Assembly (NCBI GenBank): GCA_965644495.1
Contig: CBFFSA010000003.1
Coordinates: 434,001 to 498,000, forward strand
Reading direction: 5' to 3'
DNA: 64,000 bases
Source of the DNA: Perkinsela sp. CCAP 1560/9
Lineage: Eukaryota > Protista > Euglenozoa: Kinetoplastea
Below the pieces are notes generated by a model, which had not been told where the DNA came from, ran no database searches, and worked only from the letters and a program-made list of their open reading frames with translations. Of the stretch, positions 32,357 to 44,800 are shown piece by piece. Numbering within the stretch: the stretch's first letter is position 1; every line of letters begins with the position of its first letter. Position numbers and translations under genes: made by a program.

Positions 32357-32948
32357 TCGTAAAAAAAATGTTGCGTGTAGGAGGTTTCCAGTTATGTGTG
32401 AGTGTTATTTATTGTAGTCTCTGTTGAGTATAATAATGCAGTCCTCTCGGAGTGGTTGTGCGGGTGGGCTTCAATGTGCTTATCGTATGAAACGAAATTG
32501 TCTCCCATATACACGGCTTTAACCTACATCGAAATATCTTTAATTTCAGAACTAGGGAAATATTGAGCAGTAATACTATCGTTATAGTGACTCTAGTTCA
32601 CTATAACACTATCGTAGTCTTATGTAATAGAAAACACTTCTGTTAGGTCTTAGACGTGGAGTGTCTCCGTTGTGCTTTTGACTTCAGAATTGCGTGAATG
32701 GGTCAATGATTTTTTTTCTTCGGTTCGCTTATACCTTCTATAATCACAGACGTTCAAAGATGCCTGTGACAAGAGTTCTGCTCATTCGGTATTGATGTCG
32801 TGCTAGAACTTGTGTAGCAATTCGTTTCTATTAAAAAAGATATATTTATAGTTCTAGAAGAAGAGCATCTAATATTGCAATGTTTGGAGCTCTACCCTTG
32901 TAATCTCTATGCTAAAAATATTTAAGGCCAGTTGTTACTGCTATTTTC

Positions 32949-35876
32949 ATGTTTAGACTCAGAACATGCTTGCGGAGCTCTTCCGTTGGAAGTTCCACAG
33001 GACTTATGCAGACTCAGACAATCGCACTCGGGACCCCTTTAAAAGAAATCCTTCCCGATCTGATTTCATACCGTGCTCAGATGATCTCACTTGAAGCTAA
33101 ACATCTGCCAACCCGTCCAACATTACAAAAATGTGCAGCAGCGTTTTCCAGCGTATCTATGCCATTCGATATGAACTTGTCCACAGATGAAATTCGGGAA
33201 TTGCTTTTGTCATACAACGCATGTAGCTCCACTCTTTTATGCGGGGAATTCGATATCCTTCTTGTTGAATGGCTCTGTGCCCACTTGAAACGCTCGACAA
33301 AGGCGGACATTTATCGAATTCTTCAGCATGTTAACGAGACATCTCTTATCGAAGCAGAAGGCTTAAACTCGCAACTTTTTCGTTTCTTGGGAGCGGATTG
33401 GGTTCTAGAACAGTTAGACAGTTGTGATAACGCATTGGATGGATTCATTCTTGTTGAATTCGTTTCGTGTTCCATGCGATCTCCGGATACAATAGTCACT
33501 TCAGAGGGACAGAACAATATACGTGTTGCTATAGACAGTCTTCTTCCTCGGGTCTTTGCCTTCCAATGGCAAGATGAACTGGGCGACTTCTGTCTCCGAT
33601 TTAGTGTGCTCTTAAAATGTATTCTAACCCTACGTCGTGTGCATGAGGCTGGAGTTGGCGCAGCTCAGGGAATTGCACGAAGTTACATTGAGCACTCGAA
33701 GTGGCATCACGTGTCGTTCATTGCCCATCTCCTAACGGAATCCAAGGATAGTCCTCAAAGTTTTACTCCGTGTTCGCTTCCCCCATTTTACAACGAAAGA
33801 TCACCCCCAATTTGTGCTCACCCTTTTCTACGCGACGAATATTTAGTACCCCACTTGCAGAAGATGATTCAGTCCAATCGGGCTATGCGAGTAGAGGACG
33901 TAATGCACATGCTGAGCGCAGCTACTTTTCTTTGCTACAACGATGATGTATCACTGACAGAGTTAATCGCAACGATGTTAAAGAAAGCGCATCAGGAACT
34001 GAAAACTGCAAAGCTAAGGAAATCCACCTTTTCTGAGCTTTTGAGAGTTTCCTTGCTAACTATTAGAATGACTGTCACATTACCTCCGAATGTATTTACT
34101 CCCGAAAATAAAGGTGTCGAGCTGCAGAATGAAATAGATCATCGTTTGAGATCCATATCATTGAAGAAAATTACTTGTGAAAATTGGAGTGATATAGTTG
34201 CACTGTATTCCTTATTGTCAGATGGTTTAATACTAGAAGGATGGACGAGCGCCTGTGAAGCCTTGAAAATATTTTGTGTTGAGAATGTTGCCGACATGCC
34301 ACCAGAATATAGGGCCTCGGTGCTAGAGGCTCTTGAAAAACATATGACTCATTACGCTCGAAATAACAAGCTCAATTCTTCTTCACTGGACGAAATATTG
34401 GAGAAATATATTGCTGCAGTTTTTTCGTATTTGCAGAAACTCTCAGTTGATGATGTTGTAAGATCGCTCGCCTCCGCAATCCGATTGGGTTACGTATTTC
34501 TACCCGAAGATATAGCAAACTACACTAAGAATATAGTAGAAGCGCCTTCAAGTGCAGTCTTTCCTCCTTGTGTGCTTTGTCTTTTTCAGTACTTAACCAA
34601 AAACAGGCATCGGGTTCACATTGACGCTATCTTGCACCTTGCAAACTATCTTGCACGAGAAGCGTCAAATCTTGACGAAGAACAGCTTATCCAGGTCTTG
34701 CGCAATTTACACGAAAGTCGACTTAAGTACGATGCCTTGCAGACGAAGCTATACCATCGCCTTATGGAATTACCTCTTTCGTCTCAGCATGCAGTAAATA
34801 TCTTGTTCATGCTTGAAGAGTTTGGCAATCGTACGCTAAGTGTTGTGAATCATTTAGCTGGAACTGCTCTCCAAGATTTGAACAACCTTCCATTGGTTTT
34901 AGAGGTTTGCGTACACCAGAATTTGTGTTCTGTTGACGCCCTTGTATCTGTAGCAGATTCTAATGCGAAACTAAAGAACGTGATGAAAGCTTTCTTAGAC
35001 GCACCAGAAGAGAACTGCAGTAAGTGGGTAATAGCTTTCTTTCGCCTATTTCAGAGACTGCCAACTTCCCGCCAAGTGAATATGTTTGAAATTGTTTCCT
35101 CGCGGCTACTATCCGCAACGCTATCCCCTCATGCAGAACTTTGTAAAACCGCGCTTTTGGTATCAAGATGTCGAAGGCACCATGAATTCGCGATAGGGTC
35201 AAGTCTTGTTAATCAAACACGCGATGCACTGAAGTTAGCGACCAAGATGTTCCGTCTTGCCGAGTTAGACATTTCAATAAAGTCAGGTAAGAAAGCAATA
35301 GGACAGACACCGTCGCAAAGGAAACCGTTAGATATTTCTCGCTTTAATGAAAAAGGAAGTGCCAGGGCATTTTTCTCTGATGTGGTACAATGTATCTATA
35401 TGATAAGTGGGGCGCCCGTTCCATCAGTGATCGCATCCGAGGGCATCACTACAGCGTCGAATTTTCCGGAAGACATTGAATCGACCATTACGGAATGCTT
35501 GACCGCACTGGTTCCTACAGTAACAGAGGCTATGGAAAGCATTTCCATTTCCGAAATATGCACTATCTTGATCTCCTATGTGCGTTACCCTTTGAGCGCT
35601 GTACCGTTATTCGTTTCTAGGCTTTGCCGTGCTGTCCATATTCACAAAAAAGAACTTGATCACGCAACAGCGAGCTTATTTTTATATTGTCTCACTGTAC
35701 TAAAGGTTCGTGACGCGCATACGATGAGTACCTTAATGCGTATTATCGAACGTGGAAACACAAAGGTAAAGGCATTAGGTCACTTGAGTGGTACTAGTAT
35801 GCTCTTGTATAAAAATGCTTTAAATAATTTGCGCCGTTCCGGAGTCGAAGCGCAAACAAAATTCCACGCTGACTAA
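32949..35876 (+). CDS. Large alpha-helical hypothetical protein, probably mitochondrial
   Basis: 'MFRLRTCLRSSS' presequence-like start; Leu-rich helical repeats; 975 aa. Confidence 0.65.
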   Translation: MFRLRTCLRSSSVGSSTGLMQTQTIALGTPLKEILPDLISYRAQMISLEAKHLPTRPTLQKCAAAFSSVSMPFDMNLSTDEIRELLLSYNACSSTLLCGEFDILLVEWLCAHLKRSTKADIYRILQHVNETSLIEAEGLNSQLFRFLGADWVLEQLDSCDNALDGFILVEFVSCSMRSPDTIVTSEGQNNIRVAIDSLLPRVFAFQWQDELGDFCLRFSVLLKCILTLRRVHEAGVGAAQGIARSYIEHSKWHHVSFIAHLLTESKDSPQSFTPCSLPPFYNERSPPICAHPFLRDEYLVPHLQKMIQSNRAMRVEDVMHMLSAATFLCYNDDVSLTELIATMLKKAHQELKTAKLRKSTFSELLRVSLLTIRMTVTLPPNVFTPENKGVELQNEIDHRLRSISLKKITCENWSDIVALYSLLSDGLILEGWTSACEALKIFCVENVADMPPEYRASVLEALEKHMTHYARNNKLNSSSLDEILEKYIAAVFSYLQKLSVDDVVRSLASAIRLGYVFLPEDIANYTKNIVEAPSSAVFPPCVLCLFQYLTKNRHRVHIDAILHLANYLAREASNLDEEQLIQVLRNLHESRLKYDALQTKLYHRLMELPLSSQHAVNILFMLEEFGNRTLSVVNHLAGTALQDLNNLPLVLEVCVHQNLCSVDALVSVADSNAKLKNVMKAFLDAPEENCSKWVIAFFRLFQRLPTSRQVNMFEIVSSRLLSATLSPHAELCKTALLVSRCRRHHEFAIGSSLVNQTRDALKLATKMFRLAELDISIKSGKKAIGQTPSQRKPLDISRFNEKGSARAFFSDVVQCIYMISGAPVPSVIASEGITTASNFPEDIESTITECLTALVPTVTEAMESISISEICTILISYVRYPLSAVPLFVSRLCRAVHIHKKELDHATASLFLYCLTVLKVRDAHTMSTLMRIIERGNTKVKALGHLSGTSMLLYKNALNNLRRSGVEAQTKFHAD

Positions 35877-36298
35877 AACAGTCAAGATTCCCCAAGTTAA
35901 TTGGAGAAACTCCTGTACATTTATTTGAATACCATGATTATAGCGGTTGTATCAGTGCCCGGAATGAACAGTTGGGCCTAGTCAGCACTAATCCAAGCAC
36001 ATTTTGTAGAGCCGATTTGTTTTCACCGTATTTCACACTGCCATATTAAGTGTACATGTATGTACACGTACATGTATGTATTGAAGGTGTGATCTATGAA
36101 ACGCGTCATAGCATGCTTTGCGGTACAGTGTGTATTCATTATTCTTTTGAGCAGCACAATATTCACTATTTTTTATAAAAAAAAGAGTTGCATTCGAAAT
36201 AAACAACATAACCGGATTGATGGAAACGATTCTAGACTATCACAATAGTAAAAATAATACCTGTATCTTCTTTTTTTTCTTCTTGAATCCTTTACCAC

Positions 36299-37081
36299 AT
36301 GGGAGGAAAACGCGCACATCCCATCGCTCGCCCGTGGTACTGGAAAGAGAACGACCCACTAGGGTGGTGGAAAGGCTATGACTGGCCCAGCATTCGCCGT
36401 GGTCGCCAAGTCTACTCCGAGGTCTTCGCTCCTTGTCACCCCATCTTTGACTACACCTTTAACCACTTCCAGGCTTTCATGACGAAAGAGGAGATTAAAA
36501 AACTCGCGAGTCAGTATGATATCGTGGATGAAAACCCGAGCCCGGATGGCAGCGATGATGTGCGTAGTGGTAAGCCCACAGACGACCTCCCCAAGCCCTA
36601 TCCGAACTCCCGGGCGGCACAGTTCGCCAACAGCGGCGCCGAGCCCCCGGACCTGCGCTATGCCGCGTTCTGGTGTGAGGACGGGGTGGACTACATTTTC
36701 TCCCTACTCACGGGCTACAGTTGGGGCCAGGGTTTGTTTCCGCTCCCCAGCTTCCTGCCTCCACTCAAACAAGGCCAGTTCTTCAACCCCTACATGAAAG
36801 GGTGCGTAATAGCGATGCCCCCACCGCTGTCGGATGGAATGTTGGAGTACGAGGACGGCACCCCCGCGACGGTGAGTCAAATGGCCAAAGATGTGTGCAA
36901 CTTTTTGCGTTGGACCGCAGAGCCGGAGTACGATGAGCGCCGAGTAAGCTTTTGGAGGATTTGCTCCACCGTTTTGCTCACCGCCATGCTACTGATGCAC
37001 CAGTCGCAGAAACACACGTCCTACCTGATCTATCGACGTGGTCGGTATCGCTACTGGGACAAGGCGGCGTGGGGAAATTGA
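36299..37081 (+). CDS. CYC1: Cytochrome c1, euglenozoan type
   Basis: 'SIRRGRQVYSEVFAPCH', 'PYPN..AA.FANSGAEPPDL', 'FNPY..G.VIAMPPPL', 'YEDGTPATVSQMAKDV.NFL.W.AEPE', C-terminal TM. Confidence 0.97.
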   Translation: MGGKRAHPIARPWYWKENDPLGWWKGYDWPSIRRGRQVYSEVFAPCHPIFDYTFNHFQAFMTKEEIKKLASQYDIVDENPSPDGSDDVRSGKPTDDLPKPYPNSRAAQFANSGAEPPDLRYAAFWCEDGVDYIFSLLTGYSWGQGLFPLPSFLPPLKQGQFFNPYMKGCVIAMPPPLSDGMLEYEDGTPATVSQMAKDVCNFLRWTAEPEYDERRVSFWRICSTVLLTAMLLMHQSQKHTSYLIYRRGRYRYWDKAAWGN

Positions 37082-37602
37082 TGGTCATGTCGTATGGGGT
37101 GGTAAGCTGGGTGAATCGCACTTAAATATATGATAAAATATAGAACTAGTTTTGAACCAAATAAGTGATTTGTTTTGATAATTTTGAACCTTATGACCAT
37201 GTGTGCACTATTGAGGTACCTCCTTATGGATAGAATTCTCTGTTGTAGGATCATTCACATCGGAGCCGTACATTAACAGACTTCAAACAGGATTTTTCTT
37301 TGACAAGTTGATGTGCTATTTATCTTAAGTCTTAAGATAAAGACTCATATTTTGAAATGAAAGTTAACGATATAACGGGAAAGAAGAATTTTTCATGCAT
37401 AAAGTGGCACTCAGTCGTGCATGAATGATTAATGTACACCTATTAGTACTATTAATGAGTACATTGATTGCGTATCCCATTGTTCTGTTCTTGTGTACGA
37501 ATCAATAGTTTAATTTTTTGATCTTGGGTTGTCAATGTACTAATGACTTTAGAGTGATGTAGATGAATGTAAGAAGTTTTGATTTTTAACTTTATTGTTA
37601 CA

Positions 37603-38631
37603 ATGGAACAAGTCGCAACTGTTGTCTTAGCTCTGAGGAACTCTGGAGAAAGTGATTCGATTAAGTCCACTGAGCTCCCTTGTTTTCAGCCACTCGGCCA
37701 AGAAAGCACGTTGCATCTCCTGTTGCGTGAGATTCATCGTGCGCGTGCCGCAACTCCAATCAATATTGTATGTCATTTTCAAGATAAGGAGAGAATGGAA
37801 GCCCACCTAGAAAATATTGACTTTCTTCATGGTGAAGCTACAAACCGAATTCCGTGTCTTGTACGTGGCGTTGATAACTCGTGTACAAGCTCGACAAGCG
37901 CGCTGGGTAGTATTGTGGATAATCTGAGCCACTACATAATGATTATTGATGCTTGTGCGTGGGTATCTGCCACCGAACTTGGAAAACTTTGTAAATCTTT
38001 TTTCCTGTACGATACTGCCGCTGTGCTCACCTTTTTTCACAAAATATCACCATCGGATGCAGTCCAAAGCTCTTGCTTAGATTCGAAGGGTAGGAAGGCT
38101 CTTTCATTGAAACGGACGACACCTACTGTTTGTTTCGAGCGTGAAATCACTGAGTTTTCGTTTCCACAAACTCAACGAGTTTGTTTTATGTGCCACGACG
38201 CAATCGATTTTCTAACTTTGCATGAAAATTGTATATCGCAATTACGCAACGCAACATTTACCAATAAATTGCATCATCTCCCATGTGCGGTTATACGGCG
38301 GAACGTTATTATGGACATGCAGAGTACTCTTGCGTCGGAGGAGATTTTTCCTGACTTTTGGACGGACTTTTTACCTTGTTTAATTCAAAAAGAGTGGCAA
38401 TCTGACAAGCAATCTTCTCAACGGTTTTCGTGGTATTCCGATAGTGTGAATTCCAAAGATCATAATTACAGTGTCAATCTATTGAATGAAATTCATTCTT
38501 TAGACGAATTGGAAACGTTGAATAAATGTGCCAATCTCAATCGAAGTTCAAATGGGATATGCATCGGCTGCATTTTATCGCACGATTCTTGTTCTTTTAG
38601 TGATTCCTTAGCCGCGTGTGAACAGACTTGA
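37603..38631 (+). CDS. Divergent eIF2B gamma-like subunit (nucleotidyltransferase-like fold)
   Basis: 'VATVVLA...LPCFQPLGQESTLHLLL', 'FTNKLHHLPCAVIRRNV...FWTDFLPCLIQKEW' parallel eIF2B-gamma; no clear C-terminal LbH repeats. Confidence 0.5.
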   Translation: MEQVATVVLALRNSGESDSIKSTELPCFQPLGQESTLHLLLREIHRARAATPINIVCHFQDKERMEAHLENIDFLHGEATNRIPCLVRGVDNSCTSSTSALGSIVDNLSHYIMIIDACAWVSATELGKLCKSFFLYDTAAVLTFFHKISPSDAVQSSCLDSKGRKALSLKRTTPTVCFEREITEFSFPQTQRVCFMCHDAIDFLTLHENCISQLRNATFTNKLHHLPCAVIRRNVIMDMQSTLASEEIFPDFWTDFLPCLIQKEWQSDKQSSQRFSWYSDSVNSKDHNYSVNLLNEIHSLDELETLNKCANLNRSSNGICIGCILSHDSCSFSDSLAACEQT

Positions 38632-38860
38632 GAATAATTGACCGAAGTGCACTGCGATGTAATGATTCTAAAACCATTTTCACATTGGCTTATTGGAAGA
38701 TTACGTATCATGAACTTACTATATCAACACGATCTACAAGTGCAAGATATATCATGTGACCACAAGATTCGACGTTTAATTTGTTTAGAACATTTTTTTG
38801 ATTTAGTGACAGTCACGATTGTTTATTACTTTTTCTATTCGAATTGCGCTTGATATTTTC

Positions 38861-41800
38861 ATGATGGAAGTCATTCATTCCTTGGATGAGGAGGAACGTG
38901 TTGGGTGGTTGATAAACATGACAGCAAATACCACCGTGGATAGCGAATCAAAGGTCTCGCTTGCAACCCTTCAATTATTCTTTCTCGATAAGAGCAACGG
39001 ATCAGTGTTTGAAACAAAATTGCCGTACGCACCATATTTTTTTGTGATAACTAAGGATGGATTTGAGAGAGAGGTAGAAGTGGGCTTGAGATCTCACTTT
39101 TCAGACATGATTGTTAGCATCGAATGGGTAGAAAAGGAAGATTTAGAAATGCCGAACCATCTTAGCGGGAAACAACGCACACTACTTAAGATTTTATTCC
39201 GGAACGTGAATGATTTGACGACTGTCAAGTCTAGAATAGTGTCTGCAATAAAAGTTAATGCAAGTACAGACAAATTCATAACCGAATTTAGGGATCAAGA
39301 GTTTGACTATTCGGGTAACGGCCGAGGCTATTTCGAGTCTCAGACGAAATCTTCCTACACAGAAAAGATTGTAGAACTCCGTGAATATGATGTGAAGTAC
39401 GCCATGCGTTGTTCTATCGATATGGATGTCTTTGTCGGCTCGTGGTATACTGTGAGTGCCTTTCACGGAACCACCACACTGCGTCGAGCTGCAATTGACG
39501 ACGTTTCTCCACCACTTCGCGTTCTAACATTCGACATTGAAACCACGAAAGCCCCTCTCAAGTTTCCCCAACCCTCAAGCGATCAAGTCTTTATGATCTC
39601 CGTGAGCTTAGATGGAAGGGGAATGCTGCTCGTAAATCGTGATGTTGTTGCGTCCGACATTGCAGATTTTGAATACATACCGAAAATAAGTGATTCGTCC
39701 AGAACTATACCAGTAGCCGTTTCGAACCACAAAGATGAGAAGTCACTGCTCATTTCTTTTTTTGATTTAGTGAAGAATTTTTCACCTCATGTCGTGGTTA
39801 CCTACAATGGCGATAATTTTGACTTTCCTTTTCTACAAGCGAGAGCTGAAGCGAATGACCTAGTGCTTCGTGATTCGATTGGGTTTTATCAGAGCACTGA
39901 TGGCGCCTTTCTTCATGAAAACGGCCTGGCAAGTCATCTGGATTGCCTCTATTGGGTCAAACGTGACTCCTATTTACCGCAAGGCAGTCATGGATTAAAA
40001 GCAGTGACGAGGGCCAAGCTGGGCTACAACCCCGTGGAGGTTGATCCTGAAGAAATGGTACCCCTGGCACGTGGGCCTCAATGCCAGCGCATGGCATCCT
40101 ACGCGGTCAGTGATGTGGTGTCCACGTACGATTTATTCGCAAAGTATATTCAACCTTTCGTGTTTTCACTTTGCACCATAATTCCGCTTCGCCCAGACGA
40201 AGTTCTGAGAAAAGGCAGTGGCACCCTTTGTGAAAGCTTGTTGTGCATTCAGGCATACAGGAAAAATGTAGTGTACCCAAATAAACGCTTGGATGAACAT
40301 GAAAAATTCCACAAGGGTCAGCTGATCGATACAGAAACGTACATTGGTGGACATGTCGAGGCCCTTGAGGCGGGAGTTTACAGGTACGACCTTCCCCTAC
40401 GTTTTCGCTGCACCTCGTCTGCTTATCAAGATATTCTTTCTGATTTAGACCAGTGTTTACGATTTGCTTTAGAAACGGAACACGATACGAAAATAGATGA
40501 TGTTATTAATTTTGAAAAAATCAAAGAGGAAGTTTCATTAGCTTTAACGAGTTTAAGAGACAAGCCAGAACGGACGGAGAAACCTTTAATCCTACATTTA
40601 GATGTGGGTGCTATGTATCCCAATATAATATTGACCAACCGTTTACAACCTTCAAGCATGGTGAACGATGATATTTGCGCATCGTGCTGTTTTAATCGCG
40701 AAGAAAACCAATGCAAACGCCCCATGGAATGGATATGGAAAGGCGATTTATTTACCGCCTCTCGTGGAGAGTACAACCAAATACGCTCTCAACTGGAACG
40801 GGAGAGCTTCGAGGAAAGACATGTTGAAAAAGCCATAGAAGACATGGTAGCAAACGCCTCTAAGAAGAAGGCAGCAGCAGCATTTTCAAGAGGTTCATCA
40901 GGTTCCTCTAGCATGTGGGGGACGAAACCGGCAATATGGGAACGAAACGCATTTAAGACTACATCTCGCTCTTCAAATAATTATAACCGTTTCAATAGGG
41001 GTGGAAGCAGGCCGAATTATGCTCCTGGTCAGAAAGCGGAGAGACCGACTGTCAATGAAGAATTCCGGAGATTGAAATCGCAAGCTCACGCGATCAAGCG
41101 AACGAAGCGTTCCGGGAGAAACTCAGATGATTCCGATGGTTCGGATCTTACAGAAAATGATGGCAACGATTCACAAAATGATGAAGCATTATCGAAGCCG
41201 TTTCACTCCTTATCGGACGCTGTTCAAGTCAGTATGATTAAGAAACGCGTCACAGAGTACTGTAAACGTGCTCATAGAAAATTACATGAATCTAAGGAGG
41301 AACGTAAAAATAGTGTGGTCTGTCAACGTGAAAACTCTTTTTATGTTGACACAGTGCGGCTTTTCAGAGATCGGCGCTACGTTTATAAGGCTGAAACAAA
41401 GAAATGGAAGTCAAAATTGTCTCAGGCTTTGGAATCTAGTGATTCGACGAATATCAAAGAATGCCAAGGCCGAATAATACAGTTTGAATCCTTGCAATTG
41501 GCCCACAAGTGTATTTTAAATTCCTTTTATGGCTACGTAATGCGGAAAGGAAGTCGCTGGTATTCCATGGAAATGGCAGGTGTCGTAACGTACTTAGGAG
41601 CCACGCTTATTCAAATGGCACGAGAACTTGTGCAACAGCTCGGGATTCCACTTGAACTTGATACAGACGGGATTTGGTGCTGCTTACCGTCCAGTTTTCC
41701 GGAAAACCTGACTTTCGTCACGAAAACAGGGAAGCAAATAGTTGTCAATTATCCTTGTGTGCTCTTGAATAAGGAAGTCAACGATCGATACACGAACAGT

Positions 41801-44800
41801 CAATACCAAGACATGGTTTCTCCAGGTGCTTACGCTATTCGTTCCGAGTGCTCAATTTTCTTTGAAGTCGACGGTCCCCATCAAGCAATGATTCTTCCTG
41901 CGAGTCAAGTGGAGGGAGGATGTATCAAGAAAAGATATGCTGTATTTTATCCCGATGGAACCCTTGGTGAACTCAAAGGATTTGAAATTAAGCGACGCGG
42001 TGAACTGAAGATGTTGAAAGATTTTCAAGACAAAGTCTTTTATCAATTTATGCTTGGGAACACATTAATAGAAAGCTATTCAGCAGCTGCTTCAGTTGCC
42101 AATAAAACTCTTGATGTACTATTTAACAAAGGAGTTGGCGTTGATGATGACGAAATCCTTGATATGCTTGTGGAAAGCCGGAACATGTCTCGTCGGCTTT
42201 GTGATTACCCAGCAGATCAGAAGTCTTTAGCTCTTACCACTGCCCGGAGGATTGCCGATTTTCTTGGTCCCCAAATGGTGCAAGATAAAGGTTTGACTTG
42301 TTCTTTTGTCATTTCGAGATACCCTGAAGGTAAGCCAGTTACGCAACGTGCCATACCCATTTCGATTTTCAACGCTTCTGATGACGTTCGTGTATTATTT
42401 CTTTCGAAATGGGTAGGTGGAGACCGGGCAACAGATCTTCGACATTTTTTGGACTGGGAATACTACATTACTCGCTTTAGTTCATGCGTCCAAAAAATTA
42501 TCACAATTCCAGCTGCAATGCAGGGCATTAAGAATCCAGTGCCGAGAGTAAAACATCCCGATTGGCTTGCATCTAAGGTAAGAGAAAAGTATTCCCCTTT
42601 TGTTCAAACAACTCTACTGCAAAATTTTACTAGGGCACAAGTTGGCATACCTAAACAGTGTGCCATTGAAACTGAGATTACAACGAAAGTCAACATGTTT
42701 CTTCCGGAGTCAGAGCACATAATTTTACCGAGGAATGTACAAAGCCGTTACTTGATGGCGAAAACATTAGGCGAAATTCCTTTAGATGATAACTTCTTTA
42801 TCGCTCCAAGTTATTTGCAATGGATTCGAGGTGCACAGCGCATTTGGAGAACTCTCATTAGAAACCGATCCGCTTTATCTGCATTGGAGTTTCGTCAAGT
42901 TAGCACAATTACTGCTCCGAGAGAGGGAAAAAATGTTGGAGAAGGAGCTCTACACACTCTAGCAGAACGATCTAAGCGACGCGTTTTGAGCTCATGTTGG
43001 CACGTTCTGCGTGCTTTTAAGAAACCTAATTATCCTTCTTCGGAGGAAGCATATTTAACGTGCCTTGTTGACCAAACGGAGATGTACACGTTTCCTATTC
43101 GTGTTCCCCGTGTATTTCTTGTAAATAGTAAGACCCCGCTTTCTGACTTGGACAGTAACCTTTGCCGACTTGTTACAGAAAAGAACATTGTCTTGCCCAG
43201 AAATGCTCAACTTCATCACCTCTACGAGCTCACAGTTCCTTCCCACATGGACACAGATGTATTATTGCGTCAACTTTATTGTTGCTCCGACGACGTCTGT
43301 GGTGTTTACGAATCGAATGTCGACATTGTTACCAAAGCACTTCTGAAATTTGGTAACTGTGTGCGTGTTTTGCCGGAAGCCCGGGCTAAAAGAGAAGACT
43401 TGTCGATAGGAGAAGTTTTGCATCACGGATTCAGTATCACCGAGTTAGAAGGAGTACAGGAAACCAATGCGCGCTCGAACTACGTTCTACGCGAGCTTAC
43501 CGAGCCTGACAGAAATCAGAGCGATAATCTTAATAGCAAAAGTTTTGAGCATAAATTCTTGCCGTGGACTCCAGTATTACGCATGGTTCATATGTATCAT
43601 CTACGATTAACGGATTCAACAAATAACATCGAAACCGATATTACTCTTTTGACCCATATTTCCAAACGATCGTCGTATATTTTCGCATGTATTGAGGGAA
43701 AACCGGAACTCAGTAAGCACCATAAAGAAGTTTTGAATTTGCTATACGCAGAATTACGAGATAATACTGCACAATTTCTAAACTCCATTAGAACTGCATC
43801 AACTGAACGAACGCCGAAAGAAGCATTTGCATCTTGGCTGTCGCCGAATTCACTTCTTTTGGAAGGATTTACTAAGAGAGATTCTTTTTGGAGCTACGTG
43901 GATGACTTGTGCGCAGATTTTCTCAGTGAAGCTCCGACAATGATGCTCATTCAAAGCAACGTTTCTAAACAACCATGGGACAATGTAACAGAGACAATAA
44001 CAGAGTCGAATCCTCAGTTCAGCTACGGGACTTTGCAGACAAAGCTCCCAGTTTTCCCCATCCCGTATAACAACACAGATGAATGCTTGATATCTTTAGA
44101 CTGCCTTGGAGAATTTCTTACAGATGAGCGTTTGAGTACTATGAAACATGCCGATAAAGCTCTTATCCGGGGAGACATTGTCGACAATCTTAAAATAGCA
44201 TTTGAACGTATTGTAGCACGGGCAATCGAAAGATTGTTTCTAATTCCTCCATTTTTAATAGATCACGTTCACCAGGCAAGCTACAGCAACCTGCCGATCT
44301 GCAGCCTGGGAAGTGACAGCGTTTCTGTGATGTGGGATACACTCTACGCCCGCGAGCTGATGCGCAAATCACATGTTTTGTGGCTTTCCAAAACCGGATG
44401 CCCCGATCTTGGAAAATCTGCAACCGACATTTCTTCGAAACATTCAATGGATGATTGGGAGGGTGCAGGGTCTATGAGAGAAGTAGTTGTACCAGGGTTT
44501 TACTATACCTGGAGTGCGGAACTTCGTATTTTCCATTTCGAAGTGTCCTCTTTATTGTTGTCGCAAGAAGTTTTTGAAGAGCAAGACGCAATGGGTGAGT
44601 GGTTGCAAGATGCCGGTTTGCTGACCCATTTTCATGTATTGCGCGATATAGTTGGCAAAGTTTATGGGCATGCTGTGAAAGGGAATAACCCTGAATCCAT
44701 TGAAGCAACCAAATCGTCGCCATATTTTTCAGTGAAAACTGGGAAGCGTGCCCAGGAAGTTAATCTTCAGGGCAAGAAGCATGTAGACGACGTTTTACTT

